Shown here piece by piece: positions 16,999 through 26,034 of a DNA stretch of 39,736 nucleotides. The stretch comes from an uncultured Gammaproteobacteria bacterium. GTDB taxonomy: Bacteria; Patescibacteriota; Microgenomatia; CAZETR01; Amesbacteraceae. The DNA is taken from the NCBI GenBank assembly GCA_964366335.1, contig CAYITQ010000003.1, forward strand, positions 1 to 39,736. Direction: 5' to 3'. Positions within the stretch are counted from its first letter, which is position 1. Each line of letters starts with the position of its first letter. Position numbers and translations under genes: made by a program. Under the pieces are notes generated by a model, which saw nothing but the letters and a program-made list of their open reading frames with translations, searched no databases and was not told the DNA's origin.

Positions 16999-18431
16999 AA
17001 AGACCTATTGCCTACTTTTGCGCCGAATACGCCTTTGATAAAAATGTTTCCACATATGCAGGTGGATTAGGTGTACTCGCAGGTGATTATTTGAAAGAAG
17101 CTTCAGATCAAAATTTACCTGTGGTCGCAGTAGGCTTAATGTATGGCGACACTAGGCTTTCTCCAGTTTTAGAAATAGATGTCCCGATTCAGGATCAAGA
17201 TATTAGAGTAAAAGTATATAAACATATGGTTGGGGTAATTCCAGTATATCTACTGAGTTGTAGTGGCAAGCTATATACTACGGACAAAGAAACTCGATTA
17301 AAGCAAGAAATTATTTTGGGCATTGGGGGATTAAGAGCCTTAGAAGCGCTGGGAATTCACCCGATTGCTTATCATCTCAACGAAGGTCATTCGGCTTTTT
17401 TGGCACTTGAGTTGATCCGTCACGAAATGCAAGAGCACAAAATTGGTTTTGAAGAAGCCATTATCATTGCCCGCAAAAGAATTATTTTTACCAATCACAC
17501 TCTGGTTGCCGCCGGCCGCGAAGTCTGCAGTAATGATTTGGTCGCTCTGATGCTCGCAGGTTACGCTCAAGAATTGGGAGTACCGGTTGCCGAAGTTGTA
17601 AAGCTGGGATTGGTCCAAGAATCTTCAACCTTTTCCATGACCATGCTTTCGTTACGGATGTCGGAAAAAATTAATGCAGTCAGTAAATTGCATGCCAAAA
17701 AAGCCGCTGAAATTTGGACTGATCATCCCATGATTGCCGTTACCAATGGTATTCATCTCAAAACTTGGGACCAAGTTGGAGAAAACTTAATTTCCGGTCA
17801 TCAAAGACAAAAACAAAAATTAATAAAAGATTTTGGCTGGGATCCAAAGACTTTAGTTCTGGGCTGGGCCAGAAGATTTGTAGAATACAAACGCCCCTTA
17901 GCAATTCTCGAGAACCTTGATCGCCTGCAAACACTGCCGGTAAAAATAATCTTTTCCGGTGAACCGCATGAGAGTGATGTCAAAGGTCATGAAATGCTCG
18001 ACACATTATTAAATCTAATCAAAACTAAGATTGGAGATCAAGTCGTTTATATTCCCAATTATAATCTTGAAATAGCAAAACACATGGTATCGGGTTGTGA
18101 TGTCTGGCTCAACACCCCCATTGTCGGTTTTGAAGCCTGCGGCACCAGTGGTATGAAGGCTGCGTTAAATGGAACTTTACCTTGTTCGACTAGGGACGGT
18201 TGGGTGGATGAAGCTGAGCTTTATGGGCTGGGCTGGATTTTGGAAAATGAAAATTTAGGTCAAAATATTTTGGATATTTTGGAGCGGGATATTGTTCCCA
18301 TGTATTACCATCGGCCCGATCAGTGGCAGAGTCATATGAAAAATGCCCGGGACATGGCTATCAATCAATTCAGCACTACCCGCATGCTGAGCGAGTATTT
18401 GGATAAATTGTATCCCGTTAGTGTAAAATAG
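16995..18431 (+). CDS. glgP: Alpha-glucan (glycogen/starch) phosphorylase, compact form
   Basis: YAGGLGVLAGD, HLNEGH, FTNHT, TNGIH, ARRFVEYKR, EACGTSGMKA. Confidence 0.9.
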   Translation: MKRPIAYFCAEYAFDKNVSTYAGGLGVLAGDYLKEASDQNLPVVAVGLMYGDTRLSPVLEIDVPIQDQDIRVKVYKHMVGVIPVYLLSCSGKLYTTDKETRLKQEIILGIGGLRALEALGIHPIAYHLNEGHSAFLALELIRHEMQEHKIGFEEAIIIARKRIIFTNHTLVAAGREVCSNDLVALMLAGYAQELGVPVAEVVKLGLVQESSTFSMTMLSLRMSEKINAVSKLHAKKAAEIWTDHPMIAVTNGIHLKTWDQVGENLISGHQRQKQKLIKDFGWDPKTLVLGWARRFVEYKRPLAILENLDRLQTLPVKIIFSGEPHESDVKGHEMLDTLLNLIKTKIGDQVVYIPNYNLEIAKHMVSGCDVWLNTPIVGFEACGTSGMKAALNGTLPCSTRDGWVDEAELYGLGWILENENLGQNILDILERDIVPMYYHRPDQWQSHMKNARDMAINQFSTTRMLSEYLDKLYPVSVK

Positions 18432-18443
18432 GCTGAGTATCCT

Positions 18444-18516
18444 GGTGGATGTAGCTCAACGGTAGAGCGCCAGATTGTGGATCTGGAGGTCGCGGGATCA
18501 TCACCCGTCTTCCACC
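18444..18516 (+). tRNA. tRNA-His(GTG)
   Basis: G-1:C73 pair; CCAGA-TTGTGGA-TCTGG anticodon arm; atypical T-loop ATCATCA. Confidence 0.9.
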
Positions 18517-19002
18517 CTAAAAACTTTTATTTAAGACTTCGAGTAAAGCCAGGGCTTGATCGGTTGTGATTAGGGATTGGCAGTCAAGCCATGATAATCC
18601 TTGAGTAGTTTGTTTATCATCCTTGTTGGTTTTCAAAATATACCATTTTGTTTCCTTGATCGTGGTATCCGGATTGCATAACAAGATTTTTATACTGCAT
18701 TCCCGGTAACCTGACCGTTGACCACCGGTTCTGTTTACTCCCACTATGTGAATCAACACATCTTCCAAATATTCTCCAAAGATTAATCCCCGTTTGTTAT
18801 GTGGACCGAAAGAAATATTATATGTAACCGCCAAGCCCAACTGATCTGTTCTGATTTCACCAACCACCAGTCTAAAAATACCCGATTGCACGATCGACAC
18901 CTTGTCATATTTTTCTTCACCCGTATATCCAAGCTTGGCAATCAAACCAAATATATTTACAATCAATTTTTGCTCCGGTGTGTCAGGGGTAATTTCATCC
19001 AT
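18517..19002 (-). CDS. Hypothetical protein
   Basis: Start reassigned to MDEITP (19002), removing the overlap with the divergent methyltransferase. Confidence 0.6.
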   Translation of the reverse strand: MDEITPDTPEQKLIVNIFGLIAKLGYTGEEKYDKVSIVQSGIFRLVVGEIRTDQLGLAVTYNISFGPHNKRGLIFGEYLEDVLIHIVGVNRTGGQRSGYRECSIKILLCNPDTTIKETKWYILKTNKDDKQTTQGLSWLDCQSLITTDQALALLEVLNKSF

Positions 19003-19020
19003 CGGTATATAATAGCCCAC

Positions 19021-19587
19021 ATGGATCCTTATTACAAAAAAACCATAGTATATCCCCATGACGGACACAAGTTTGAATTTGATATTGCCACAAACTTGTT
19101 TTCCAGCTTTGACGTGGACCACGGAACGGATTTATTGATCCGTTCAGTTGAATTGCATAATCCCAAGACTATACTGGATTTGGGTTGCGGGTATGGACCT
19201 ATTGGTATAGTTTTAGCCCACAAATCACCCCATGCTTTGGTCACACTTTCTGACTCAAACCTCTTATCTATCAGATATACTCAAATTAATCTCAAAAAGA
19301 ATAACATCAAAAACGCCGTAGTTGTCCCAAGTCTTGGCTTGGAACAGTTTAAAAATCAATATTTTGATTTAATTGTTTCAAATATACCTGCCAAGATCGG
19401 CGAAGAGGCAATAATAAATGAATTTATATTAGAACCTGTCAAACATTTAAATCACGGGGGAGAATTTTGGTTTGTAGTGGTTAGCCGTCTAAACCAACTA
19501 ATAAAAAGAATCGCTAAACAAAATAAATTAAAATTCAAAAAGATTTCCAAACGCCACGGCCACACGGTTTATAAAATTATTCTTTGA
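19021..19587 (+). CDS. Small SAM-dependent methyltransferase (RsmC/MTS-like)
   Basis: LFS...VDHGT.LL, LDLGCGYG, IVSNIP; TATAAT 7 nt before ATG 19021. Confidence 0.88.
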   Translation: MDPYYKKTIVYPHDGHKFEFDIATNLFSSFDVDHGTDLLIRSVELHNPKTILDLGCGYGPIGIVLAHKSPHALVTLSDSNLLSIRYTQINLKKNNIKNAVVVPSLGLEQFKNQYFDLIVSNIPAKIGEEAIINEFILEPVKHLNHGGEFWFVVVSRLNQLIKRIAKQNKLKFKKISKRHGHTVYKIIL

Positions 19588-19619
19588 AAGGGGACACCTT
19601 TCAAAATTTAACCATTTGT

Positions 19620-19910
19620 CTAATCAAGTGAAGTGAGTTGGGCTGGAACAAGTGTAGTATCTTCTGCTAATACACATGGAGTGGGTAAACACTGAGGATA
19701 TAAAGGGCATTCGGCGCAACCAGTTTCGGAATCATTGGCCTCTTCAGCTGTGTCGAGAGCTTGTGTGAGTGCGTTTGGAGTACCAAAGTCAAAGGTCAAG
19801 TCCGTGTCTCTGACAAACAACTTACCATCTTCAGGACGCCGAAACAATTCATGAGTTTCTCTTTTAATAAGTCTACACCCTTCTTTTAGTTTTTCCTCAG
19901 ATTCGTTCAT
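19620..19910 (-). CDS. Hypothetical protein with Cys cluster (CAECPLYPQC...C)
   Basis: 96-aa ORF; TATACT 7 nt upstream of ATG. Confidence 0.55.
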   Translation of the reverse strand: MNESEEKLKEGCRLIKRETHELFRRPEDGKLFVRDTDLTFDFGTPNALTQALDTAEEANDSETGCAECPLYPQCLPTPCVLAEDTTLVPAQLTSLD

Positions 19911-20033
19911 ACCCTATAGTATACTATATCTTTAATTATTAGTCAAATCTTCGAATCCCGTTTTGAATACATTCCCATTGCGAACATTATTAATACGGCG
20001 GCCATACTAGAAAATAAAGATATTTCCTGACTT

Positions 20034-20072
20034 AGGACATCTAGTAAGCCCACCTCGGAGGTGGGATGTCTT
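20034..20072. repeat. Intergenic hairpin with core palindrome CCCACCTC-G-GAGGTGGG (REP-like)
   Basis: Perfect 8-1-8 palindrome at 20049-20065 with outer AGGACAT/ATGTCTT pairing. Confidence 0.55.
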
Positions 20073-20103
20073 CAAACCAATAAATACAGCTATAATGATC
20101 CAT

Positions 20104-20985
20104 ATGTTAGTGGATGAAATAAAAATCAAGATTACGGCTGGGCATGGGGGAGCGGGGAAGTATGCCCCCGTCAAGGCTTTTAAGAGCGCCCACATCGCCG
20201 GTGACGGCGGGCGAGGCGGTGATGTCTATGCCACAGCCACATCTGACCTGTCCGCTCTCAATCAATATGTGGGTATAACCGGATTAAAAGCAGAAGATGG
20301 AGCTAGGGGTGGCGATAATGACTCCACAGGCAAGAGTGGCAAAAATCTCTATTTGACTGTCCCGGTAGGTACATCAATCAATGAAATCGAATTTGACAAA
20401 GTTGGAGAGGAAAAACTAATTTGCAAAGGGGGTTTGGGTGGCAAGGGAGGCAATCTTAGAGCTCAGTCCGGACTACCCGGAGAATCCATTGATGCCAAAA
20501 TAATATTAAAATTAATTGCTAAATACGGCTTTATCGGCCTACCCAATGCCGGCAAGAGCAGTCTACTTAATGCTCTAACCAATTCCAATGCAGTCGTTGG
20601 AGCATATCCATTCACCACTCTCGAGCCAAATTTGGGAGTTCTTAATGGTCAGATTATTGCCGATATTCCGGGACTTATTGAAGGTGCCTCTTTCGGTCGC
20701 GGCCTGGGAATAAAGTTTTTGAAACATATAGAAAAAGTCAGTCTTCTTTTTCATTGTATATCCTGCGAATCGTCAGATGTGGTTAAAGATTATAAAATAA
20801 TTATAAACGAACTCAAGAATAATAAACCCCAGATAATTGTTTTAACCAAAACCGATTTAGTCACACCACAAGTTGTGGCCGTCCACAGCAAAAACCTAAA
20901 GAGATTTGGCCAACAAATTATATCTGTCTCTATTCACGATCCAGTCAGCTTGGAAAGCTTCGGTAAAACTTTCTTTAATAGTTAG
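20104..20985 (+). CDS. obgE: Obg family GTPase, short form
   Basis: Gly-rich Obg domain (GDGGRGG), GLPNAGKS, YPFTTLEP, DIPGLIEGA, TKTD. Confidence 0.93.
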   Translation: MLVDEIKIKITAGHGGAGKYAPVKAFKSAHIAGDGGRGGDVYATATSDLSALNQYVGITGLKAEDGARGGDNDSTGKSGKNLYLTVPVGTSINEIEFDKVGEEKLICKGGLGGKGGNLRAQSGLPGESIDAKIILKLIAKYGFIGLPNAGKSSLLNALTNSNAVVGAYPFTTLEPNLGVLNGQIIADIPGLIEGASFGRGLGIKFLKHIEKVSLLFHCISCESSDVVKDYKIIINELKNNKPQIIVLTKTDLVTPQVVAVHSKNLKRFGQQIISVSIHDPVSLESFGKTFFNS

Positions 20986-21447
20986 TGTCAGGGTGTCACC
21001 TCTATTGTCAAATACAAACTTAATAGGATACGGTTTGTTGTTGGTAATATATAAGTTCTGGGGAGTCCCACTATAGATAGACACACCATACTCACTGGGA
21101 ATACCGGGAATAGCGGCAAAATTGTGATTTGAGGGTGCGTATACCTCAAGTCCGCCATTTTTGGCGACCATGTACATCAGCGAGGCTAAATGGCAAACCC
21201 CATCGCCCGTCAGGTATCCGTCTGATTTGAAGCCTTGGTTATAGCCAAAATTAGCATTGGCGGTCTTGTCTCCTTTACCATGAAAGGCAAATTGTTCACC
21301 GGGTTTGAGCTCAAATTCTGTCCCCATATACTTGATCGTCAAGAGAATATTGTACTTAAAGACCTCGTTTACATAAGGCACCGGATAGCGGTTGGCCAAC
21401 GATATGCTGCGGGAGACCAGAATCATTGAAATTAAGCTGGGTATCAT
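20896..21447 (-). CDS. VanW family protein
   Basis: LKPGEQF.F, GDGVCHLASLMY, H motif; 3' end overlaps obgE convergently by 90 nt. Confidence 0.75.
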   Translation of the reverse strand: MIPSLISMILVSRSISLANRYPVPYVNEVFKYNILLTIKYMGTEFELKPGEQFAFHGKGDKTANANFGYNQGFKSDGYLTGDGVCHLASLMYMVAKNGGLEVYAPSNHNFAAIPGIPSEYGVSIYSGTPQNLYITNNKPYPIKFVFDNRGDTLTLTIKESFTEAFQADWIVNRDRYNLLAKSL

Positions 21448-21465
21448 AACCTATAGTATACTATA

Positions 21466-21978
21466 CTATAGGCTAGAAAGCAAGATGAAAGACTGATTGG
21501 TTACATTAAACCAAAATGAAGCTTTCTGAGTATTTAGTATTAATAAAGTTGGTGCAGCCCAACCGGTAATCTCTACTAATTTTAAATCAGGATATTTTTG
21601 TCTAAACAGACTGGAAACATTTATCAATTCTTTTCCGCTAACTGATAAAACATTGTAGTTGGTTTCCTTACCCAGATTTTCCTTTAGGAAAATATATTTA
21701 TTGTCCGGAGACCAAGTATTGTGGGGAATAGAGATTGTATTTGTGGAAGCTATGGTTTTTGAAAATATCGGCTTATCAACACTGAAAGTATAGTTAACCA
21801 AGCTGTTGGATATTGTCTTCTTCATAGTCAGCCTGGCTTTTCCGTCCGGAGATTCTACAATGGTGGGAGAGCTTGTTTTGACCAATGGCGCTGTGGGTAA
21901 TTGCGGGGAAGATGGACGCAAAGAAAAGTAAACTAGGCCCATTATCGATAATATAATTATTACTATTTTAGTTATCAT
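21466..21978 (-). CDS. Hypothetical exported protein with SPD-type beta repeats
   Basis: N-terminal TM helix; SPDGK and WSPDNK motifs; start moved to MITKIV. Confidence 0.7.
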   Translation of the reverse strand: MITKIVIIILSIMGLVYFSLRPSSPQLPTAPLVKTSSPTIVESPDGKARLTMKKTISNSLVNYTFSVDKPIFSKTIASTNTISIPHNTWSPDNKYIFLKENLGKETNYNVLSVSGKELINVSSLFRQKYPDLKLVEITGWAAPTLLILNTQKASFWFNVTNQSFILLSSL

Positions 21979-22567
21979 AAATTGTAACAGCGGCATTTTC
22001 CGCCCAGTTATAAAGTTTTTCGGCATCGGTAATTCTCATGTTGATACACCCATGACTCATCGGATAACCAAAGTTATTATGCCAATAAGTACCATGGAAA
22101 CTGAATCCCGCTGTGGCGGGGACATCGGCATTGGAAAAAAACATCACAAAGGGGACATTGGGTAAATTATAATAATCGGATCCTCTACCCCCGGACATAC
22201 GGGTGGAACGTAATTTAGTCCAAATTGTGAAGTCGCCGGTAGGTGTCCGGCCCCACTTTCCCGACGAGATCAAGGTTTGCATATACAGATCTTTTCCTTG
22301 GAAAGCATACAGAGTTTGGTTGGCCAAATTAACATAAATGTGTTTTTCGCCGGGTGTGGCGCTTGGAGAGATATCTCCCAACACCGCTACCGGATTAATT
22401 TCAGGTGGTACTATTTTTTGGCTGTTAAAAACTCCGACTGCTCCATTTTCAATCTCGGTATTGAGATTTTTGATACAGCTGATTGAGTTGGCACACGAAA
22501 TAGGCTGTTTGAAATTTACTAAAACCAATACTAACAAAGCGGGGATTAGCAGAAAGTATCTTTTCAT
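21968..22567 (-). CDS. L,D-transpeptidase (YkuD) family protein
   Basis: TPTGDF and FHGTYWH...SHGCIN catalytic motif. Confidence 0.92.
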   Translation of the reverse strand: MKRYFLLIPALLVLVLVNFKQPISCANSISCIKNLNTEIENGAVGVFNSQKIVPPEINPVAVLGDISPSATPGEKHIYVNLANQTLYAFQGKDLYMQTLISSGKWGRTPTGDFTIWTKLRSTRMSGGRGSDYYNLPNVPFVMFFSNADVPATAGFSFHGTYWHNNFGYPMSHGCINMRITDAEKLYNWAENAAVTIYDN

Positions 22568-22591
22568 TGTTTAATGTTATCACACTTATAG

Positions 22592-22663
22592 TGCGCCTAG
22601 AAGGAATCGGACCTTCATCAATGGTTTCGAAGACCAGTACTTTATCCATTAAGCTATAGGCGC
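22592..22663 (-). tRNA. tRNA-Arg(TCG)
   Basis: GCGCCTA/TAGGCGC-A acceptor; TGGT-CTTCGAA-ACCA anticodon arm; T-loop TCCGATT. Confidence 0.93.
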
Positions 22664-22680
22664 TTAAGTGCAATTTTACA

Positions 22681-23373
22681 CTATTTGGCACATAAAATAG
22701 TTCCTACGGGGTCGGATTCTTCCAAAAATACTTTACCGTCATAAAAAGCAGATGCTCTACCTCCATCCAAATTAATTGCCGATTCTATTGAAATATTTAA
22801 AGATCTTAATATTTCAGGTAAATCATTGAGATATGGACCCAAGACAGGGGCCAAAGCATTATAAAAAATTGCAAAATATAATTTGTTGTCGGTAGACAAT
22901 ATTGCCACTCCACGTCTGGCCGATTTGTCATTTGTAGTATTTATTTTGATTTGGAGATTATCGTTCCAGAGCATGGGACCGGTTTGGACTGCCCACCTGG
23001 CCATTACGGGTGGCTCATAGCTAATTCCCTGATCAGACACAAAGCCATTGAATAATCTATTGTTTTGGCCAGAGTTTAGAATTTGGTTATCAGCAATTAC
23101 CAAGCCAATGGGTTTATTTTGCTTGTCATAAAACCCCCCGTTAGTACCAAAGATACAATTTTCAGCCTTCATTACCTCTTTAAATTGTTTTGGATTGTCC
23201 CAGTTTGGAATTAAATTTATATTTGATGACTCAAAAATTAGATAACTAAAACTATTATTTTGATAAACCACTTGCTGTGTCTTGGCAATGGGGTATACTG
23301 GTGGAGGTGGCGCAGAAATCCACCAACTGGATATGGCAGCAAATATTACTTGTAAAAATTGTGGTAATGTCAT
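22681..23373 (-). CDS. Phosphodiester glycosidase (NAGPA/DUF2233) family protein
   Basis: NGGFY, QTGPML, AINLDGG.AS motifs; signal-like start MTLPQFLQVIF. Confidence 0.8.
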   Translation of the reverse strand: MTLPQFLQVIFAAISSWWISAPPPPVYPIAKTQQVVYQNNSFSYLIFESSNINLIPNWDNPKQFKEVMKAENCIFGTNGGFYDKQNKPIGLVIADNQILNSGQNNRLFNGFVSDQGISYEPPVMARWAVQTGPMLWNDNLQIKINTTNDKSARRGVAILSTDNKLYFAIFYNALAPVLGPYLNDLPEILRSLNISIESAINLDGGRASAFYDGKVFLEESDPVGTILCAK

Positions 23374-24316
23374 AGAAATCAGCGAGGCGCTGAGTGAATC
23401 TATTGTAGCAACTGAGCGGACTAAATACCAAAAGATAGAGCTGGACCTGCGCAAGAGAGCCAATGATTTGGAAGAAAAAAACCGCAATATCGAGCTGGCC
23501 ATGCAAAGACAGCTGGATATGGAACGCAATTCCATTAGGCTAAAAACAGCAGAAGAAATTGCCGAGACCCAGAGATTAAAAGACCGCGAGAAAGATAAAA
23601 TGATAGAGGACTTGAAGAAGTCGTTAGAAGATGCCCAGCGCAAAGCGACCCAAGGCTCTCAACAATTACAAGGAGAAATATTGGAACTTGATTTGGAAAG
23701 TACTCTCAAATCATTATTTCCCATAGATCTGATTACACCAGTAGCCAAAGGCATCTTGGGAGCTGATATTTCTCAGACTGTCAAAAGTCCGTTGGGTTCG
23801 GATTGTGGAATTATTTTGTGGGAAATAAAGAGGACCAAGTCCTGGTCTGACTCTTGGATTGGAAAACTGAAAGAAGATTTACGGTCGGCAAAGGCCAATA
23901 TTCCGGCAATTATTTCAGAAGTAGTTCCCGAATCTGCTAAATCGGGAATAGGCTTTGTCGAAGGTATCTGGGTGGCGACAGCCAAAATGGCTCCATCTCT
24001 GGCGTTACTTTTACGTAAAAGTCTGTTGGATACTGCCCGCGAGCGGGCATCTCTGTCAAATCAAAAAGAAAAATCGGCTTTGTTGTATGCTTATGTTACT
24101 AGCCACGAGTTTAGTCAAAATGTCGAAATGATGCTTACGACTTACTCTGAAATGCAAGAACAAATTACCAAAGAGCGGATGGCTATGGAGAGGTCGTGGA
24201 AAATGCGAGAATCTCAAGTTCAGAAATTGATGTCTGGTGTGTCAGGCGTATATGGAAGTCTTCAGGGTATTGCCGGACCGGCATTACAAAATATCAAGCA
24301 ACTCGAGATGGAATAA
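23333..24316 (+). CDS. DUF2130 family protein (zinc knuckle, coiled coil, nuclease-like C-terminus)
   Basis: ITCKNCG, QGSQQLQGE..ELDLE, KG..GAD, ILWEIKRTK.WS..W..KLKED. Confidence 0.85.
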   Translation: MAANITCKNCGNVIEISEALSESIVATERTKYQKIELDLRKRANDLEEKNRNIELAMQRQLDMERNSIRLKTAEEIAETQRLKDREKDKMIEDLKKSLEDAQRKATQGSQQLQGEILELDLESTLKSLFPIDLITPVAKGILGADISQTVKSPLGSDCGIILWEIKRTKSWSDSWIGKLKEDLRSAKANIPAIISEVVPESAKSGIGFVEGIWVATAKMAPSLALLLRKSLLDTARERASLSNQKEKSALLYAYVTSHEFSQNVEMMLTTYSEMQEQITKERMAMERSWKMRESQVQKLMSGVSGVYGSLQGIAGPALQNIKQLEME

Positions 24317-24328
24317 ATTTTTCAGAGA

Positions 24329-24346
24329 GGTCCGCGTTTGCGGACC
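24329..24346. terminator. Short GC hairpin GGTCCGC-GTTT-GCGGACC after DUF2130 (terminator-like or REP-like)
   Basis: 7-bp perfect stem 12 nt after the stop; no clear U-tract. Confidence 0.35.
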
Positions 24347-24424
24347 ACATTTCCTTGAATGCCTGTTGATATCTAACTGCCATAATTACTAATTGTACAT
24401 CAATTCGGTGTATAATAATTTCAG

Positions 24425-25138
24425 ATGCTAAAGTATAAAAGGGTACTTTTAAAGCTGACTGGAGAATCGATGGTCGGAAAAGGAAAGACGGGTATTGATT
24501 TCGAATTTGTATCTCTTTTGGCACTTGGCATCAAAAAATTACTCAAAGCCACACCGGTGCAACTGGCAATTGTAAATGGCGGAGGAAATATATTCCGTGG
24601 AAGAAATTATAAGGGAACAGAAGGTGATCCAGCTCAGATAGATTATATTGGAATGCTAGGTACAGTCATGAATGCCCTAGCTCTCGGTCATGAATTAGAG
24701 ATCAACGGTGTGCCAGCCAGGGTAATGTCTGCACTGCGTGTGGATCAAGTATGTGAACCATTTATCCGTAAGCGCGCAATCCATCATCTGGAAAAAGGCA
24801 GTGTAGTCATTATCGGAGGAGGTACTGGAAGTCCGTTCTTTACTACTGATTCAGCTGCTGCTCTCAAAGCTGCTGAGATAAATGCTGACCTTCTACTGAA
24901 AGCCACTAATGTCGATGGAGTTTATGACCACGATCCTAAAACCCATAAAAATGCCACTAGATATACAAAAATTACTTTTTCAGAAGCTCTGACTCGGGGA
25001 TTGACAGTCATGGATGCGACTGCATTTGATTTGTGCCGTGCCAGAAAAATTCCGGTAGTAGTTTTTGATATTAGTGATTTTGAGAATGTGGGTAGAATTA
25101 TAAATGGTGAGGAAATAGGTACTCTGATTACTCCTTAA
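24425..25138 (+). CDS. pyrH: UMP kinase
   Basis: YKRVLLKLTGE, GGGNIFRG, DYIGMLGTVMN, PFFTTDSAA, VMDATA. Confidence 0.97.
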   Translation: MLKYKRVLLKLTGESMVGKGKTGIDFEFVSLLALGIKKLLKATPVQLAIVNGGGNIFRGRNYKGTEGDPAQIDYIGMLGTVMNALALGHELEINGVPARVMSALRVDQVCEPFIRKRAIHHLEKGSVVIIGGGTGSPFFTTDSAAALKAAEINADLLLKATNVDGVYDHDPKTHKNATRYTKITFSEALTRGLTVMDATAFDLCRARKIPVVVFDISDFENVGRIINGEEIGTLITP

Positions 25139-25151
25139 GAATCTATTTGAC

Positions 25152-25258
25152 AATCGCCTAATAATCGCCTAGTTTTCGACTATTGAAAATTAATTGAAAA
25201 TTGTAAATTGTCCCGCCGAAGCGGGATCCCGCTGAAGCGGTGAAAAATTGAAAATTTT
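25152..25258. repeat. Short tandem repeats (AATCGCCTA x2; ATTGAAAATT-like units) interrupted by tandem TCCCGC-N4-GCGG(GA) palindromes at 25211-25240
   Basis: Visible directly between the convergent pyrH and thermonuclease genes. Confidence 0.7.
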
Positions 25259-25263
25259 GGCTA

Positions 25264-25896
25264 TTATGGGCACAGCTGGGCTTTGGTGTAACCAGCCTTC
25301 TCAGCTTCCTTGATACTGCAAAACCATTGATCACCTAAATAGAGTTGAACTGTCGTTCTATTATATTGCCCACAGCCAGGATAATGGTAAATCAAATCCT
25401 TGGTTCCTGACCTGCGGTTTCCTTTGATATTACATTTGGGATTGGTTGGATTGGTTTCTTGAGAACACTTCGTACTAAATATTCCAATTTTATTTTTACT
25501 AGACTCTTGGCTGGCTGCCAATAGTTCTGTAGCTGAATCCTTGGAAACATTGTGTGAATATGCCCAGCCACTTTTGAGCATTTCCAGATTTACAAACTTG
25601 TCATCGACATAGACCATGCTCACAAGTCTGAAATATGGGTCTTTGTAAATTACTTTCATTTGAACTTTTTTATTTAGGATCATATCTTCGAGAGTTTTTT
25701 TGGCTTCAGCCGCACCACACAAACCCAACTCAGGCGCGTCAACGCCAGCGATTCTGACTTTTTGCTTTTCGGCTGTCACAAATGTATCCCCGTCATATAC
25801 TTCCGCCACCGTATAGCTCGTCTTTTCCTGCACCGCCGCCTGCCAGCTAACCAGTGACAACAGTCCTATTATCCCAGCCACAAACTTCTTGTTCAC
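25264..25896 (-). CDS. Secreted thermonuclease (SNase) family protein, paralogue of 5056-5682
   Basis: VYDGDT, VRIAGVDAPE, CNIKGN...YHYPGC...WFC; same MNKKFVAG start. Confidence 0.9.
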   Translation of the reverse strand: MNKKFVAGIIGLLSLVSWQAAVQEKTSYTVAEVYDGDTFVTAEKQKVRIAGVDAPELGLCGAAEAKKTLEDMILNKKVQMKVIYKDPYFRLVSMVYVDDKFVNLEMLKSGWAYSHNVSKDSATELLAASQESSKNKIGIFSTKCSQETNPTNPKCNIKGNRRSGTKDLIYHYPGCGQYNRTTVQLYLGDQWFCSIKEAEKAGYTKAQLCP

Positions 25897-25920
25897 AATT
25901 AAATTGTACCACCAAACAAT

Positions 25921-25985
25921 CTATGACAATGAATGACCACCGTATGACTATGAATGACTATTGAATGCCTACTGTATGACCAATT
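25921..25985 (+). repeat. Degenerate ATGAC/TATGAC-ATGAATGAC tandem repeat at the left edge of the accessory block
   Basis: Five ATGAC units plus an ATGCC variant in ~65 bp. Confidence 0.6.
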
Positions 25986-26034
25986 CCTATTCCTGTAATA
26001 GTTAGAGAAAAAAGGAGTAAAATATATCTGCTAT

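Noticed and set aside
18799-19122. Long mutual overlap of ORFs 18799-19587 and 18517-19122
   Set aside because: Resolved by downstream starts at 19021 and 19002, which leave an 18-nt gap containing a -10 element.
23374-23643. 90-aa N-terminal extension of the phosphodiester glycosidase ORF
   Set aside because: Ser/Leu-rich antisense shadow of the DUF2130 coiled coil; the other short antisense ORFs in the track were dismissed for the same reason.
25921-25985. Mini CRISPR array
   Set aside because: Units are 5-17 nt, degenerate, and have no unique spacers.
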